IMG/VR virus record: IMGVR_UViG_3300029716_000017 | Span: 1-58,448 of that record | Reading direction: 5' to 3' (one strand) | DNA: 58,448 nucleotides | Source of the DNA: a virus | Shown here: in pieces, positions 8,784 through 17,655 of the stretch | Layout of the letters: each line of letters begins with the position of its first letter | Position numbering within the stretch: the first letter of the stretch is position 1 | The notes under the pieces: generated by a model | What the model was told of the DNA's origin: nothing | Seen by the model: the letters and a program-made list of their open reading frames with translations, nothing else | Databases searched by the model: none | Program-made: the position numbers and the translations under genes

Positions 8784-9029
8784 CTATCTAAATTGATATG
8801 TCCGTTTATTTTTACAATAGATGCATAGGTGCTCCAAAATGGTCTGATACTCTTCTACAACCAGCGGTTTCTGTCCTATCTGCTTATTAACGCACGCTTG
8901 AGCGATTCTTAATGCATACCTGCTTGATATGTTCTTACATCTCGATGTAGCATCCTGTTCAAGTATACCTTCAAGTAATTCAAGTTGATTCTTCACCTGC
9001 TTTAGATTCATTCCTTTTCTTGTGCTCAT
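8784..9029 (-). CDS. Hypothetical protein
   Basis: 81-aa ORF. Confidence 0.4.
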   Translation of the reverse strand: MSTRKGMNLKQVKNQLELLEGILEQDATSRCKNISSRYALRIAQACVNKQIGQKPLVVEEYQTILEHLCIYCKNKRTYQFR

Positions 9030-9041
9030 CCGCTTTCACTC

Positions 9042-9482
9042 CTACTTAAATGGTAAATCATCCTCTATGCCCTCTGGTATGCTCATAAAGTCGTTTCCAG
9101 AACTTGGCTGATTGCTCGCATTTGCTGTATTGGACTGCTGACTATTGCTGTTATTCGCATTCTTACTCTCGCAAAATTCCTGTTCCTCAACAACAACATC
9201 AGTCGTATATACTTTATTGCCATCCTTATTTGTATAGCTACCAGTCTGGATTCTACCAGTTATGGCAATCTTAGTGCCCTGTTTAAGGTACTTCTCTGTA
9301 AACTCAGCGCTTTTGCCAAATGCAATGCAGTTGATAAAATCTGCTGTCTGTCCATCGCCCTGTTTCTTAAATTTGCGATCTACAGCCAATGTATATCTAG
9401 CTATACACATCTGATCGCCATTCTGTGAATATCTGATTTCTGGATCGCGGGTAAGCCTACCCATCATAATTACTTTGTTCAT
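9042..9482 (-). CDS. ssb: Single-stranded DNA-binding protein
   Basis: MNKVIMMGRLTRDPEIRY...ADFINCIAFGK..AE...YLKKG OB-fold, N/Q/S-rich linker and acidic DDLPF tail. GGAGAG lies 7 nt before the ATG. Confidence 0.85.
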   Translation of the reverse strand: MNKVIMMGRLTRDPEIRYSQNGDQMCIARYTLAVDRKFKKQGDGQTADFINCIAFGKSAEFTEKYLKQGTKIAITGRIQTGSYTNKDGNKVYTTDVVVEEQEFCESKNANNSNSQQSNTANASNQPSSGNDFMSIPEGIEDDLPFK

Positions 9483-9483
9483 A

Positions 9484-9876
9484 TTATTTCTCTCCATTCT
9501 CTCTAATTGTAAAGGTTATTCCAACCTCTTCCTGTAATGTATCTATATAGTCCTGCCACTTCACATCTTCGTCAGCAAGGCAAGAAGTTTTAAGCACAAA
9601 GCGCTCAATAAACCTACATAATCTATCATGTCCAAACCCAAATTCATCATGCAATGTTGCGCATGATAACAAGACCACTGTATCGATCGTGTTCCATTTA
9701 ACTTTTTGCTCATATTCACGCATCTTTGACGTTGGAATTTCAAGTGGAACAAAACATGCTCTACGTTTGACCAATTCCTTTTCTGCTTTCTCTATGCCCT
9801 CACGCTTGATAATCTCTAACAACCAAGCTGCACCGGACATTCTGTACTCATGTACTTTATCATTTGATTTTGCCAT
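9484..9876 (-). CDS. Hypothetical protein
   Basis: 130-aa ORF. Confidence 0.4.
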   Translation of the reverse strand: MAKSNDKVHEYRMSGAAWLLEIIKREGIEKAEKELVKRRACFVPLEIPTSKMREYEQKVKWNTIDTVVLLSCATLHDEFGFGHDRLCRFIERFVLKTSCLADEDVKWQDYIDTLQEEVGITFTIRENGEK

Positions 9877-9897
9877 ATCTTTTGTACTCCTTTCTGC

Positions 9898-10587
9898 TTA
9901 AAATGGACATTCATCCTTTGCTCTCAACTGCCATTCCACTCCGGCTCTTGCAACGTCCACATTTGCGTTTTTAGCCACTTCGCATATCTCAGCAACCATT
10001 CTGTCAGCATTGCTTGTATCAATGCCCAAATGGCACAATATGACGTTCTGTAGGTTATCTGTAGCATTTACCCTAACAAATTCCTTGCAAGTAGCTAATT
10101 CACAGTGGCCAAGTATCTTATGAGTGTAATTCGGAGCATCAGTATCGACCATATCTTTGATGTAATTACATTCGATTAACATATGGTCAATATTTTGCTT
10201 TTTAAATGTCATTGGGCAATACTCAAAATCCGTCATGTACAACATTTTTTGCCCATCAACCTTGATCAAAAAACCGTAATTGGGAGTGCCGTTGTGTGGG
10301 AGAGAAAAACAACGAATTGTAAACTCTCCCATTTTTACAGCCTTACTAACAGATTCAAATGGTTTCCACACTGATATACCCAGTTTTTTCAAATCAACTG
10401 CTGCCCTGATGTGGTCTCCATGAGCGTGACTTATAATGACACCAGCAACATCTTTAATATTGTAATCAAGACCTCTCTGTATATCTTTAATTGACACTCC
10501 ACAATCAAGGATAAGCGTTTGATTATTTGCATTTGTGAGTAAATAGCAGTTGCCAATGCTACCACTGGATATACATTTAAGCTTCAT
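9898..10587 (-). CDS. MBL-fold metallo-hydrolase (putative recombination-associated nuclease)
   Basis: HAHGDH motif. The start is trimmed to MKLKCISSGS. Confidence 0.7.
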   Translation of the reverse strand: MKLKCISSGSIGNCYLLTNANNQTLILDCGVSIKDIQRGLDYNIKDVAGVIISHAHGDHIRAAVDLKKLGISVWKPFESVSKAVKMGEFTIRCFSLPHNGTPNYGFLIKVDGQKMLYMTDFEYCPMTFKKQNIDHMLIECNYIKDMVDTDAPNYTHKILGHCELATCKEFVRVNATDNLQNVILCHLGIDTSNADRMVAEICEVAKNANVDVARAGVEWQLRAKDECPF

Positions 10588-10589
10588 TC

Positions 10590-10790
10590 CTACGCCTCGA
10601 TTTTTTCTAATGGGCATTTTTCATGTCTTTTGCCATCTCTAATCTCAAAAGATACGTCTGAACATTTGATCTGTTTCAATTCCATAAGTTTACATTTAAA
10701 ATCTAAAGAACACGGGGCAATATACCATGCCCTGCACTCCTGACAGTTACTAGGCATTTTGTCCCAATATATTTCACACTTTGCTTTCAT
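10590..10790 (-). CDS. Small Cys-rich hypothetical protein
   Basis: The start is trimmed to MKAKCEIYW, preceded by AAAGGAG. The longer track ORF overlaps the recT-like gene. Confidence 0.4.
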   Translation of the reverse strand: MKAKCEIYWDKMPSNCQECRAWYIAPCSLDFKCKLMELKQIKCSDVSFEIRDGKRHEKCPLEKIEA

Positions 10791-10806
10791 ACCAAAAACT
10801 CCTTTC

Positions 10807-11817
10807 TTACTTTGCAAACTCTGGTACTTCTTCGTCCTCAGCAAATTCCTGTGAATTGGCATTCTCAGCAATCTCAGCTTGCGCAACTTGATATACCTCG
10901 TCCATTTCAATCTGTGCCTGCCTTGCCATCGGATCATAATTCTTTGGATACTTTCTTATTGCATTGTTGCACATTTTTCTTTGAATCATGCTTTCCGGCG
11001 TATCAAGCCAAGCGCCACTGATAAACGGTCTCGCAAGCTCGCATTCCAACATTTCATCTACGGTTTTACAAGTTCTTAAGGCATTAAGCACTTCATCTTT
11101 TTTTGCCTTAATCTCTGACTTTTGTTTTTCTGTAGCCTTATATCTGTCGGCACAAATCCCAAATGTGCTATTCATCATATTTTGCTTAACATGTGCAAGC
11201 AAATTAACCTTAACACTATCCCTGTCTGCAGAAAGGTATGTCACTGTTCCGTCCAACAGTTTGACAGGATATACGACTCTTACTGCTTTACTTGATAGTC
11301 CCTTTTCTACCCATTCAGGCTCTGTAATCGACAACCCTTTATGCTTTGGTGGAATATATTCATCGCCCTCTTTGATTACCCAGTACGGGTAGACCTGTTC
11401 AACGTCTTTTCCATAGTTGGCAAGTAAGGAGTCGTAACCACTACCCTCGATTCCCATCTCAACCTGTTTCTGCCATATATCCTTGCCTGTCTGTGGATCG
11501 GTTCCTACCTTTACATTTCGTAGCTGGAAGTAACACTCCCTTGGATATGCGCTTGCATTTAATTTGAGACTTGCACATCGCTTCACAATTCCTCTCAAAT
11601 TGCTTGTATCAAGGTTGCCCATGTTAATCTTAGGGTCGTTCTTGACAAGGTTGAATATGCTTGTCATGGCTTCCATGGCGCACTCTTTGGCATAATCGTC
11701 CATATCCATGCCAACAGTTTTGTAATCATCAATAATAAGCCCTGTTATTGCATTGCTCCATTCACTTAATGAAGTAGTAAATGCTTTTTTTTCTGCAATT
11801 GTCGTACTATTTTCCAT
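10807..11817 (-). CDS. RecT-like single-strand annealing protein
   Basis: Size, an acidic C-terminal tail, internal patterns (LKLNASAYPRECYF, GIEGSGYDSLL, MIQRKMCNNAIRKYP) and its neighbourhood (SSB, ATPase, nuclease). Confidence 0.55.
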   Translation of the reverse strand: MENSTTIAEKKAFTTSLSEWSNAITGLIIDDYKTVGMDMDDYAKECAMEAMTSIFNLVKNDPKINMGNLDTSNLRGIVKRCASLKLNASAYPRECYFQLRNVKVGTDPQTGKDIWQKQVEMGIEGSGYDSLLANYGKDVEQVYPYWVIKEGDEYIPPKHKGLSITEPEWVEKGLSSKAVRVVYPVKLLDGTVTYLSADRDSVKVNLLAHVKQNMMNSTFGICADRYKATEKQKSEIKAKKDEVLNALRTCKTVDEMLECELARPFISGAWLDTPESMIQRKMCNNAIRKYPKNYDPMARQAQIEMDEVYQVAQAEIAENANSQEFAEDEEVPEFAK

Positions 11818-12051
11818 TTATTTATCCTCCTCATGTAGTACTTCTTTTAAAATTTCTGCAATAATTTTTTTCTTGACTTCCCTGGCTTCTGCCTCAATCT
11901 CATCATAAGTCTTTTTTGAGTTTTTAATAACCTCTTCAAACTCATCCTCGCTTATATGCTCACGTAAAGATTTAAGTAATACTGCTGTCTCAGCTGTAAC
12001 TTCATTCTTGGAACCATTGATTTCAACAAACCCTTTGTCGCACTTAACCAT
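11818..12051 (-). CDS. Hypothetical protein
   Basis: 77-aa charged ORF. Confidence 0.4.
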   Translation of the reverse strand: MVKCDKGFVEINGSKNEVTAETAVLLKSLREHISEDEFEEVIKNSKKTYDEIEAEAREVKKKIIAEILKEVLHEEDK

Positions 12052-13096
12052 ATTTATTTCTCCTTGTTTTACTTGATTTATTTAACAATTTCTCTACATA
12101 TTCATCCATGGAATGACACAATTTTACACAGTTACCATGTAGCATATGATTCTTCAAAGCACCATATTTTTCATAGAACTTTTTCTCTGTCATCTTGCCG
12201 TTATTAACAAGTTCTGCCCAGGCTTTTATTTTCTTATAGATTTTACGTTTACTTGTGCTATTTAATTTTCGTATATACTTTCCATCTTTCGTTACATAGT
12301 GATGGAAACCTGTAAATAAAATTCCGTTTTTAAATGGAACTATCTGTGTCTTGCCATTAAGTGATAATCCCAGGCTCGCTACAAATTGATTTATGCAATC
12401 CAGACAATGTTTCAAGTATTCTTTGCTTGGTGCAATCAGATAAAAATCATCCATGTATCTACCATACAATTCAATTCCCAGCTCACCTGTTATAAAATGA
12501 TCTAACCCATTTAGCATAAGCAACGCATATACTTGCGCAACCTGATTGCCAAGTGGCAGTCCTAAGCCATCAGTGCTGTCAATGTATAGATGATTCAACC
12601 ATTTTGTATATTCGTCATCAAAATAGTAATCGACTATATCTTTCAACACTTCATGATCTATCTGATAGAAAAATTTTGTAACATCACATTTCAAAATCCA
12701 ACCGTCAAGACCGTGCTCTTTATAAAATTCAAGCATGTGTTCTTTCAAACAATCCATGCCAAAGTGGGTTCCTTTGCCGAGTTGCCCTGCGTAGTTTGTT
12801 TTTATAAATTCATACTTCAACCTTGGGAGCAAAATATTGTCACATAAGCAATGCTGAACTACCTTATCTTTGAACGAACACGACTTAATCACTCTTTCTT
12901 TAGGTTCGTAGACCTTAAATTCATTATACGGATTCATCCGATATGTCTGATTTTCAAGTTGTTCTTTCAACATATGAAGTCCCTCAAGACTCATTGCTTC
13001 AAATTTTGCAGTGCTTGAATTATGTTTTTTGCCACTTTTAGCTTTTTTATATGCTTTATACAGGTTCCCATAATCACATATAATATCTTTATCCAT
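12044..13096 (-). CDS. DGR-type reverse transcriptase
   Basis: YMDDF catalytic box and a GLPLGNQVAQVYALLMLN motif (DGR-type LGNxxSQ-like). It lies adjacent to the TR and Avd. The ATG at 13096 is preferred over the GTG at 13141. Confidence 0.85.
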   Translation of the reverse strand: MDKDIICDYGNLYKAYKKAKSGKKHNSSTAKFEAMSLEGLHMLKEQLENQTYRMNPYNEFKVYEPKERVIKSCSFKDKVVQHCLCDNILLPRLKYEFIKTNYAGQLGKGTHFGMDCLKEHMLEFYKEHGLDGWILKCDVTKFFYQIDHEVLKDIVDYYFDDEYTKWLNHLYIDSTDGLGLPLGNQVAQVYALLMLNGLDHFITGELGIELYGRYMDDFYLIAPSKEYLKHCLDCINQFVASLGLSLNGKTQIVPFKNGILFTGFHHYVTKDGKYIRKLNSTSKRKIYKKIKAWAELVNNGKMTEKKFYEKYGALKNHMLHGNCVKLCHSMDEYVEKLLNKSSKTRRNKYG

Positions 13097-13194
13097 AGTA
13101 AAAATTCCTTTGTATTTATCCTTTCGGGAAAAGTCACACACTTTTTTGTATCTTTATCTGATTTCGGCTTAATGCCTACTCTTACTGTCTGTGT

Positions 13195-13271
13195 GATACA
13201 GAATGGGCGAACACCGTTGTTGTTGTTACAGTTGTTGTTGTTGATATTGCCAGCGGACGAAACAACGGTTT
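13195..13271 (-). repeat. DGR template repeat (TR), 77 nt
   Basis: Non-coding sequence between avd and the RT. The coding-sense sequence is AAACCGTTGTTTCGTCCGCTGGCAATATC(AAC)4TGT(AAC)4GGTGTTCGCCCATTCTGTATC, which matches the two VRs except at adenines. Confidence 0.9.
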
Positions 13272-13293
13272 ATACAGTGTGTAACCTATATTT

Positions 13294-13686
13294 TTATTTA
13301 CTGTCATTACTTGCCAATCTTTTCTTGTCGCCTGTTCTCCAAGCAATTGCCATATGCTTAACATCGGCTACCATTTTCGACCAGTATTCCATGCTTTTCA
13401 CATTGATAATGTTTAATTTCATTGATAATTCAATGTAAAACAAAAGTTCATCGCAATGCGTTATAGCTTTTGTTTGCAGTTCTGATCTCTCTTCAAGGCA
13501 AGTTTCCCAATTTGTCCTATTTGCTTCATACAAATATTCATATATTTCCAATGCCTTATTCTGCATTTTGTCAACAAGCGAAAATCTGTATTTCTTTGGG
13601 TATCTATTACAATTTGAAGTTATACGGAATGTGTGTTCAGCCAAATTCTTTGCCTGTGAAATCACTCCAAACTCTTTCTCTGCCAT
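13294..13686 (-). CDS. avd: DGR accessory variability determinant (Avd, four-helix-bundle family)
   Basis: 130 aa with FRITSNCNRYPKKYRFSLVDKMQNKALEIYEYLYEANR, typical of Avd. It sits between the target gene and the TR. Confidence 0.75.
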   Translation of the reverse strand: MAEKEFGVISQAKNLAEHTFRITSNCNRYPKKYRFSLVDKMQNKALEIYEYLYEANRTNWETCLEERSELQTKAITHCDELLFYIELSMKLNIINVKSMEYWSKMVADVKHMAIAWRTGDKKRLASNDSK

Positions 13687-13691
13687 ATCAT

Positions 13692-14300
13692 TTAATCTCC
13701 TGATTCAAAGATTGAAGATGAGAAGATACAAACTGGGCGAACACCGAAGTTGCAGTTACAGTAGTTGCTGCGGACATTGCCAGCGGACGAAACAACGGCA
13801 ACGGCTCTTTCGTAATCGTTGCATGGTGTACTCCAAGGACTGACAAGCCACCACCAATAATCTTCGGTGTTTGGTATGAGACTTCTATACTTTCTGTATT
13901 CGTCAACAGTAAGAAGAGAAACCTTATCCTCACACTTGCCATATTCTGTCTGACCGTCAAGAGATAAAAGATTTCTCTCAAACGAAATTATATTTTTCGA
14001 TCCTATTTCTGCAGCCATCTTCTCAAAAAACACTCCATTAAGATAGCCACGAAGATCACTGTTTTCCCAATTGTTTGAATCTGAATCAAACTCCATATCT
14101 TTAATGCTATCAGCCAGACAAATATATCCAACACCTGTGATGTCAAGAATCTTCCACGTTGTATCTACAAGTTCAAATGTATCTCCAATACCGAGTCCTT
14201 CCGGAAGATTGATTGACTTTGAAGTTGTCTTTAACACTGCAATCTCGTTTCTGAGATCATTAATCTGTTCCTGCAACCCTCTCATTGTTAATGTTGCCAT
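13692..14300 (-). CDS. DGR target protein B (C-terminal variable region)
   Basis: 202 aa. The C-terminus is ...DYWWWLVSPWST...AVVSSAGNVRSNYCNCNFGVRPVCIF. VR1 covers the last 24 or so codons before the tail. Confidence 0.8.
   Translation of the reverse strand: MATLTMRGLQEQINDLRNEIAVLKTTSKSINLPEGLGIGDTFELVDTTWKILDITGVGYICLADSIKDMEFDSDSNNWENSDLRGYLNGVFFEKMAAEIGSKNIISFERNLLSLDGQTEYGKCEDKVSLLTVDEYRKYRSLIPNTEDYWWWLVSPWSTPCNDYERAVAVVSSAGNVRSNYCNCNFGVRPVCIFSSSIFESGD
13725..13801 (-). repeat. DGR variable repeat VR1 (77 nt)
   Basis: It differs from the TR at 12 positions, all TR adenines, in the first 60 nt. There are also 2 non-A differences in the 3-prime 17 nt. Confidence 0.9.
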
Positions 14301-14302
14301 AA

Positions 14303-14911
14303 TTACTCTCCTTTCTTTGATACAAAGATATTAGATTTTAAGATACAAACTGGGCGAACACCGTCGTAGTCGTCGTAACAGTCGTTGTCGCCGAAATCGC
14401 CAGCGGACGAAACAACGGCGATGCTATAACTACAACCTCTTTCCTCAGTGCTCCAAGGAGTACATGTCCACCACCAATCGTCCAAGTCCTTATTAGGAAG
14501 TAAGTTGTTGTACTTCCTAGCCTCATCAAAAGTGATAGGTCTTACCTTGCATTTACAATCATCAAATTCATGCTGCATATCAACTGATGTTAACTCAACA
14601 GTATGCTCAACGAGATTGTTTTCCCCAACCTCTGACTCAATTATCGGCTGAATCTTATCTTCAATCATTTCCTTAAGATTAGATTTGTTGTAATCTCTTG
14701 ATGTCTCATCATAAACTACATTTTTGGCCATAAAGTTCTTAGAAATAATTTTGACCTCAGCCCCTATCTGTTCAAGCACAATAAAGTCATTCTTCCCAAT
14801 CTCAAACACATCTCCAGGTGCTAAGGTTGATAATTCTACCTTGTTCTTTCTTTCTGCTTCTTCAAGCTGCCTTACAAGTTCTCTTGCTACTTCTAATGCC
14901 TTACTCATCAC
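14303..14911 (-). CDS. DGR target protein A (paralog, C-terminal variable region)
   Basis: 202 aa. The C-terminus is ...DDWWWTCTPWST...AVVSSAGDFGDNDCYDDYDGVRPVCIL. Confidence 0.8.
   Translation of the reverse strand: MMSKALEVARELVRQLEEAERKNKVELSTLAPGDVFEIGKNDFIVLEQIGAEVKIISKNFMAKNVVYDETSRDYNKSNLKEMIEDKIQPIIESEVGENNLVEHTVELTSVDMQHEFDDCKCKVRPITFDEARKYNNLLPNKDLDDWWWTCTPWSTEERGCSYSIAVVSSAGDFGDNDCYDDYDGVRPVCILKSNIFVSKKGE
14342..14421 (-). repeat. DGR variable repeat VR2 (80 nt, one codon longer than the TR)
   Basis: 13 substitutions, all at TR adenines, plus one extra NAC codon after the conserved TGT. Confidence 0.85.
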
Positions 14912-16824
14912 ATTACCTCCAATTCCTCGTTGTCGTTTACGGCAAGCATTATTATCTGACCATCTACCATATCTACAGCTTTCTGCTGATTTGCAGAATC
15001 AAGACTCTCTGCATCATCAAGCCACATAGGACAAGCAACATTACTAATCTGTTGAATACTGTTGCAAATATCAATCCTACCAATAATCCTATTTCCCTTG
15101 TTACTCATCGTGGTAAGAATACTCTTCCCGTCTATAGTAGGAATACATGTTGACTTATATCCGCCGTTTTTAGCAAATTCAAATAGCTGCCACTTTACCA
15201 AATTAAAATGTTTGTTTATTTCATTTGTGAGAACTTCATTTTTAGCCTTATCAAGATCATCTAACAAATCAAGAATCTTCTGTGCATCCGTTTGAGCCTG
15301 TCCAAGATTGCGCTTATTAGCCAGCAACTCTTCAAGCCTTGTTTCGTCAGCTTCTGTATCAGACTTAGCGATCTTGGCTTCGCACTCAGCTAACTCCTGC
15401 CTGAGTGTGGTCTCTTCGGATTTTAGTCTCACCCTTGTGGCTGTTGTCTCCATACCAGCCATATTGATTTCAAGTGCTTCTATCTGCGCCATCACGCCGA
15501 TATATTCATCAGCACCCGATATGTCAATGCATAATGGAAGTGCGTTATATTCTTCTTCAAGCTTGGTAAGCTTTGCTCCTGTATCAGCAACAGTCTTTCG
15601 ATTGAATTCATTGCAATTTTTAAGTTTTTCTATGCGCTCCTCAATCTCCTTGATCTTCTGAGCTATGGCCTTGCCATCAGTCTCAATTACTGTCAGTCGC
15701 CCGGCTTGATTCTGTGCAAAATTACTCTTAAGTCTTTCGATATCTTCTGCCGGAAATTCTCTATGGCAAGTCGGACACACAGAAGTAAGTTCGTTAAATT
15801 TCTCAGCATTAACGGATTTCCATTCAGCAACAAGTTTTTCCTTCTTTGACCTTAAAATACCCAAAGTTCTTGTTGATTGGTCGATATCCCAATCGTTATC
15901 AGAAATTCCCTGGATTACACTCATCTGAGTAGTCTTGCAATCATCTATCGCACTTCTAAGTGCTGCTCTCTTGCAATCAAGATCCTCGTTCGCCTTATTC
16001 TGCATTGCGGATATTTTGAATTTTAACTTTAGAATCTTATCTGCAATTTTGTCATGTTCAGCAGCTACCTTATCCATGTCCAGCTGATCTTCCACAACTT
16101 TGCTCAACTTTTCTTTAATTGCATTTTTCTGCAATTCCAAGGCGGATATATCTAGTGACTGTTTGATCTGTATATCTCTTTCCTTTTCTGTTATCTGTCC
16201 GTCAAGAACTGGTAACTCCTTTGCAACTTTGGACTTTGTGGCTTTATTCATTGCTGAAAGCTCGTCTGCCGTATACTTCTCAAGGAGTGGAACAAGTTCA
16301 GTAAGTTCAACTTTGCTTTTTGCAACGTCAACGTCTGATATTCCATCTACCAATCCAAACAGAAACTCTCTCATTTCTGCCGGTTTCTTTGCTAAAAATG
16401 CATTGATGTTACTACACATCTTGAGGATAAACATATCAGCGCCAAGATATGCATTAAAATCCCTTAATGTCTTAGGCACATCATTGATTGAATAGGAATT
16501 ATCATCCTTGTAACTGCTGCCATCTTTGCTATATTTCCTCTTCTGAGACTTACGCATGACGACTTCCTTGCCGTCAACGTCAAACACAGCTGTGACCGAT
16601 ACGTCTGTGTCATCCACAGTTTTGCCACCAACCATACGACGAATAGGTGGATTATCGGCGAGCTGATAATCACAGTTGAATAACAGCCACATGTAAGCGT
16701 TAGTTATTGAGGATTTCCCTTTGCCATTGGAAGCGGCAATCTTAGTATTATCCCCAAAAATAATTTCCTTATGCGCATAACACATGAAGTTTTCTAAAAT
16801 TAACTTTTTCAAACTGATTCTCAT
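14908..16824 (-). CDS. Rad50/SbcC-like AAA ATPase with zinc hook
   Basis: Walker A SNGKGKSS, long coiled-coil, central CPTC hook and C-terminal WLDDAESLD. Confidence 0.7.
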   Translation of the reverse strand: MRISLKKLILENFMCYAHKEIIFGDNTKIAASNGKGKSSITNAYMWLLFNCDYQLADNPPIRRMVGGKTVDDTDVSVTAVFDVDGKEVVMRKSQKRKYSKDGSSYKDDNSYSINDVPKTLRDFNAYLGADMFILKMCSNINAFLAKKPAEMREFLFGLVDGISDVDVAKSKVELTELVPLLEKYTADELSAMNKATKSKVAKELPVLDGQITEKERDIQIKQSLDISALELQKNAIKEKLSKVVEDQLDMDKVAAEHDKIADKILKLKFKISAMQNKANEDLDCKRAALRSAIDDCKTTQMSVIQGISDNDWDIDQSTRTLGILRSKKEKLVAEWKSVNAEKFNELTSVCPTCHREFPAEDIERLKSNFAQNQAGRLTVIETDGKAIAQKIKEIEERIEKLKNCNEFNRKTVADTGAKLTKLEEEYNALPLCIDISGADEYIGVMAQIEALEINMAGMETTATRVRLKSEETTLRQELAECEAKIAKSDTEADETRLEELLANKRNLGQAQTDAQKILDLLDDLDKAKNEVLTNEINKHFNLVKWQLFEFAKNGGYKSTCIPTIDGKSILTTMSNKGNRIIGRIDICNSIQQISNVACPMWLDDAESLDSANQQKAVDMVDGQIIMLAVNDNEELEVM

Positions 16825-17021
16825 TTTTTATCTACCTCCAACGGTGACTCACCAAGTACAATAAGTAACGTGTTTACATCTATATATTTTTCTTTCCTTG
16901 TCATACTTATAATCACATCAGCTCTTGTCTCCATATCTATTAATTCCTCATATCTATCGCGAGGAATAGTCACACTGTCTGCGCCGCTGTTATTACATGT
17001 TCCTTCGCAACTAATTTCCAT
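16821..17021 (-). CDS. Hypothetical protein
   Basis: The start is trimmed to MEISCEGTC. The longer form overlaps the upstream gene. Confidence 0.35.
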   Translation of the reverse strand: MEISCEGTCNNSGADSVTIPRDRYEELIDMETRADVIISMTRKEKYIDVNTLLIVLGESPLEVDKK

Positions 17022-17655
17022 CTTTCTTTTCCTCTCTTTCTTCAAGCACTTTAAATTTTGAAACAGATACCTCGTAAGCTGTCTTTTTCTCTTCGGTGCC
17101 ATCCTCATAAAATTTGTTGTATTCCCTTGACTGAAATCTACCAGTTATGCCGACAATAGAGTTAAGTGGTATTCTTGCAAATAGTTCAGCATTGTTACTC
17201 CACAAAAGAATAGGAATCAGATTTCCAATCCTATTAGGAAGATTATTGATTACCCTAGTGTCACAAACCCTATATCCTCTAGGTGTTGCCCTGATCTCTA
17301 CATCGGCAAACTTGTGGGCAATAAAATCGACTCTGTTTTTATCACACGTATAGGGCTTGACCTCATGTACCTCTATATATACTTTTGTGTGATTTACACC
17401 TGTTGAATCGACAACATGCTTAGTGCGGATATGCCCGACTACCTCTACATAATCAAATTTGCTGATATATGAGACCTTACTATCTTCAATATAACAAGGC
17501 ACTAAATCCTCTGTTCCACTCAGTCGCCTTGCACTTATAATCACGCGATAATACGACTTATTACCTACTGAGAACTCATATATAGGTGTATCAACAACAC
17601 ATCCAGCGATCACCGCATTATTGTTTGACCAATCACTAATATTTTTTTCTCTCAT
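17011..17655 (-). CDS. Hypothetical protein with possible tandem OB-fold (SSB-like)
   Basis: Two segments resemble SSB OB-folds: VIAGCVVDTP...YYRVIISARR and IVGITGRFQSREY...TAYEVSVSKF. Confidence 0.35.
   Translation of the reverse strand: MREKNISDWSNNNAVIAGCVVDTPIYEFSVGNKSYYRVIISARRLSGTEDLVPCYIEDSKVSYISKFDYVEVVGHIRTKHVVDSTGVNHTKVYIEVHEVKPYTCDKNRVDFIAHKFADVEIRATPRGYRVCDTRVINNLPNRIGNLIPILLWSNNAELFARIPLNSIVGITGRFQSREYNKFYEDGTEEKKTAYEVSVSKFKVLEEREEKKDGN

Noticed and set aside
10590-10937. 115-aa version of the small Cys-rich ORF.
   Set aside because: The basic N-terminal extension overlaps the 3-prime end of the recT-like gene. An internal ATG with an AAAGGAG RBS at 10790 is much more plausible.
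13182-13364. 60-aa minus-strand ORF (TTTVTTTT...) over the template repeat. Similar ORFs lie at 13688..13981 and 14338..14529 over the VRs.
   Set aside because: These are alternative-frame readings of the (AAC)n-type TR and VR sequence. They overlap better-supported genes and have no RBS, so they are not genes.
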